Source of the DNA: Octopus sinensis
Taxonomy: Eukaryota
Direction of reading: 5' to 3'
Length of the DNA: 7,174 bases
Assembly (NCBI RefSeq): GCF_006345805.1
Contig: NW_021828941.1
Location: forward strand, 1-7,174
The first letter of the stretch is position 1. The number at the start of each line of letters is the position of its first letter. A model generated the notes under the pieces. That model had not been told where the DNA came from, searched no databases, and worked only from the letters and a program-made list of their open reading frames with translations. Shown here piece after piece: positions 6,237 to 7,174 of the stretch. The translations under genes were made by a program, and so were the position numbers.

Positions 6237-7174
6237 AGGGAGTATAACTCCGAACTTACAGGGAAAAATTCAATTTAGTATTAAATTAAATTTCACAACA
6301 TATATAAAAATATATATATATATAAAATGTGTAATTAGATATAAGAGAACAAAATGTACGGATGCCGCTATATATATATACATACATACATACATATATA
6401 TATATTCGATTCGATTCGTTTCGTTTCGTATCTTCTTCTTCTCTAAGCTGGTTTATATATATTATTATATATATATATATACATATATAATATATATATA
6501 TAATACAAAATGGGGCAAGAACGCAAAACATCCGGACAACTAGGTGATACAAAAAGGGACAACAAAACATCCAGATAGACGATACTAAAAAACAAGGACG
6601 GGTCATTCTACCCTCAGTCAAGAACCGGATCATCCTCGCAATTTCGTCTGATTAATCTTGAGATTGCTCCAATTTGACCAGCCCCAATGAAAAACTAAGC
6701 TAAGAGCATTAGATTCCTTGGAGGAAAGCATCGAATGTATACGAAAACAAGGGCGGAAAACATATATAAATTAGAGAAAAACCACTATAATGTAATTCAA
6801 ACAAGGATAGACGTAAAACATACCATATAGAAAAAATAAAATATTTTATAAACCATATGTCTAGAGCACAATAAAGAACATAATTATAAACCGTATATAA
6901 TTAATAAATAGACTACATACGTTTCGTGGCTGTAGCTTCAATTCGAATTCGAATTAAATTTAAATATAATCGATCCAAAAACAATTCAATTTAAAAGTAT
7001 AGTCACTTCTCAGGGGAGCAATAATAACAATATTAGTTAGATAAATACATAGTGTTAATAAATAATCAAAGAGAATTAAATATTTCTTAAAGAAATAAAA
7101 AATGCTTCTTAAAGAATATAAACACGAAGAAATTCCGTTAACTAAATTTTAAACGTAAAAAGGAGGTCCAAGTG
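6237..7174 (-). mobile_element. Possible Penelope-like element terminal (pLTR-type) non-coding sequence, fragmented
   Basis: AT-rich and non-coding, with internal imperfect repeats (6503-6601) and a hammerhead-like CUGA..GAAG / CGAAAC motif on the minus strand (7013-6911), a motif class associated with Penelope-like elements. No GIY-YIG or RT sequence is visible, so the call is tentative. Confidence 0.35.

Noticed and set aside
4902-6633. Numerous 60-115-aa ORFs rich in IY/TH/CV dipeptides (also 1667-1885, 1995-2312, 3105-3296)
   Set aside because: Translations of (TA)n/(CA)n tracts and SINE sequence; no coding signal.
6610-6660. Second hammerhead-like motif (CGAAA...CTGAGG on the minus strand)
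   Set aside because: The core reads CUGAGGG, the motifs are in permuted order, and I could not form stems I and II.
6940-6955. Heat-shock element in TTCGAATTCGAA
   Set aside because: GAA/TTC units lack the 2-nt spacing of nGAAn arrays.
1-7174. CRISPR array, retron or other prokaryotic RT system
   Set aside because: No regularly spaced repeats or operon structure; the RT motifs are non-LTR retrotransposon type in a eukaryotic SINE and microsatellite context.

Overview
Eukaryotic, gene-free, repeat-saturated window. It is probably from an octopus or other coleoid cephalopod; that is inferred from recalled SINE types and microsatellite load, not verified. It contains decayed pieces of three non-LTR retrotransposon clades: a CR1/L2-group ORF2 remnant (1-1660, minus), a 5'-truncated R4/Dong-like 3' end embedded in (TAA)n (2109-2408, plus), and an RTE-group insertion (3386-4887). 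Two tRNA-derived SINE families (called F1 and F2 here), many (TA)n/(AAT)n/(CA)n tracts and a possible Penelope-like terminal region with a degenerate hammerhead-like motif (right end) make up most of the rest. The standout structure is the RTE insertion. It splits an F2 SINE, is bounded by an 11-bp target-site duplication (TAAACACACCA), and has its 5' ~310 bp inverted relative to its 3' ~1.2 kb, which is the geometry of twin priming known from mammalian L1. No host protein-coding gene is supported; most ORF-track entries are microsatellite or antisense artefacts.
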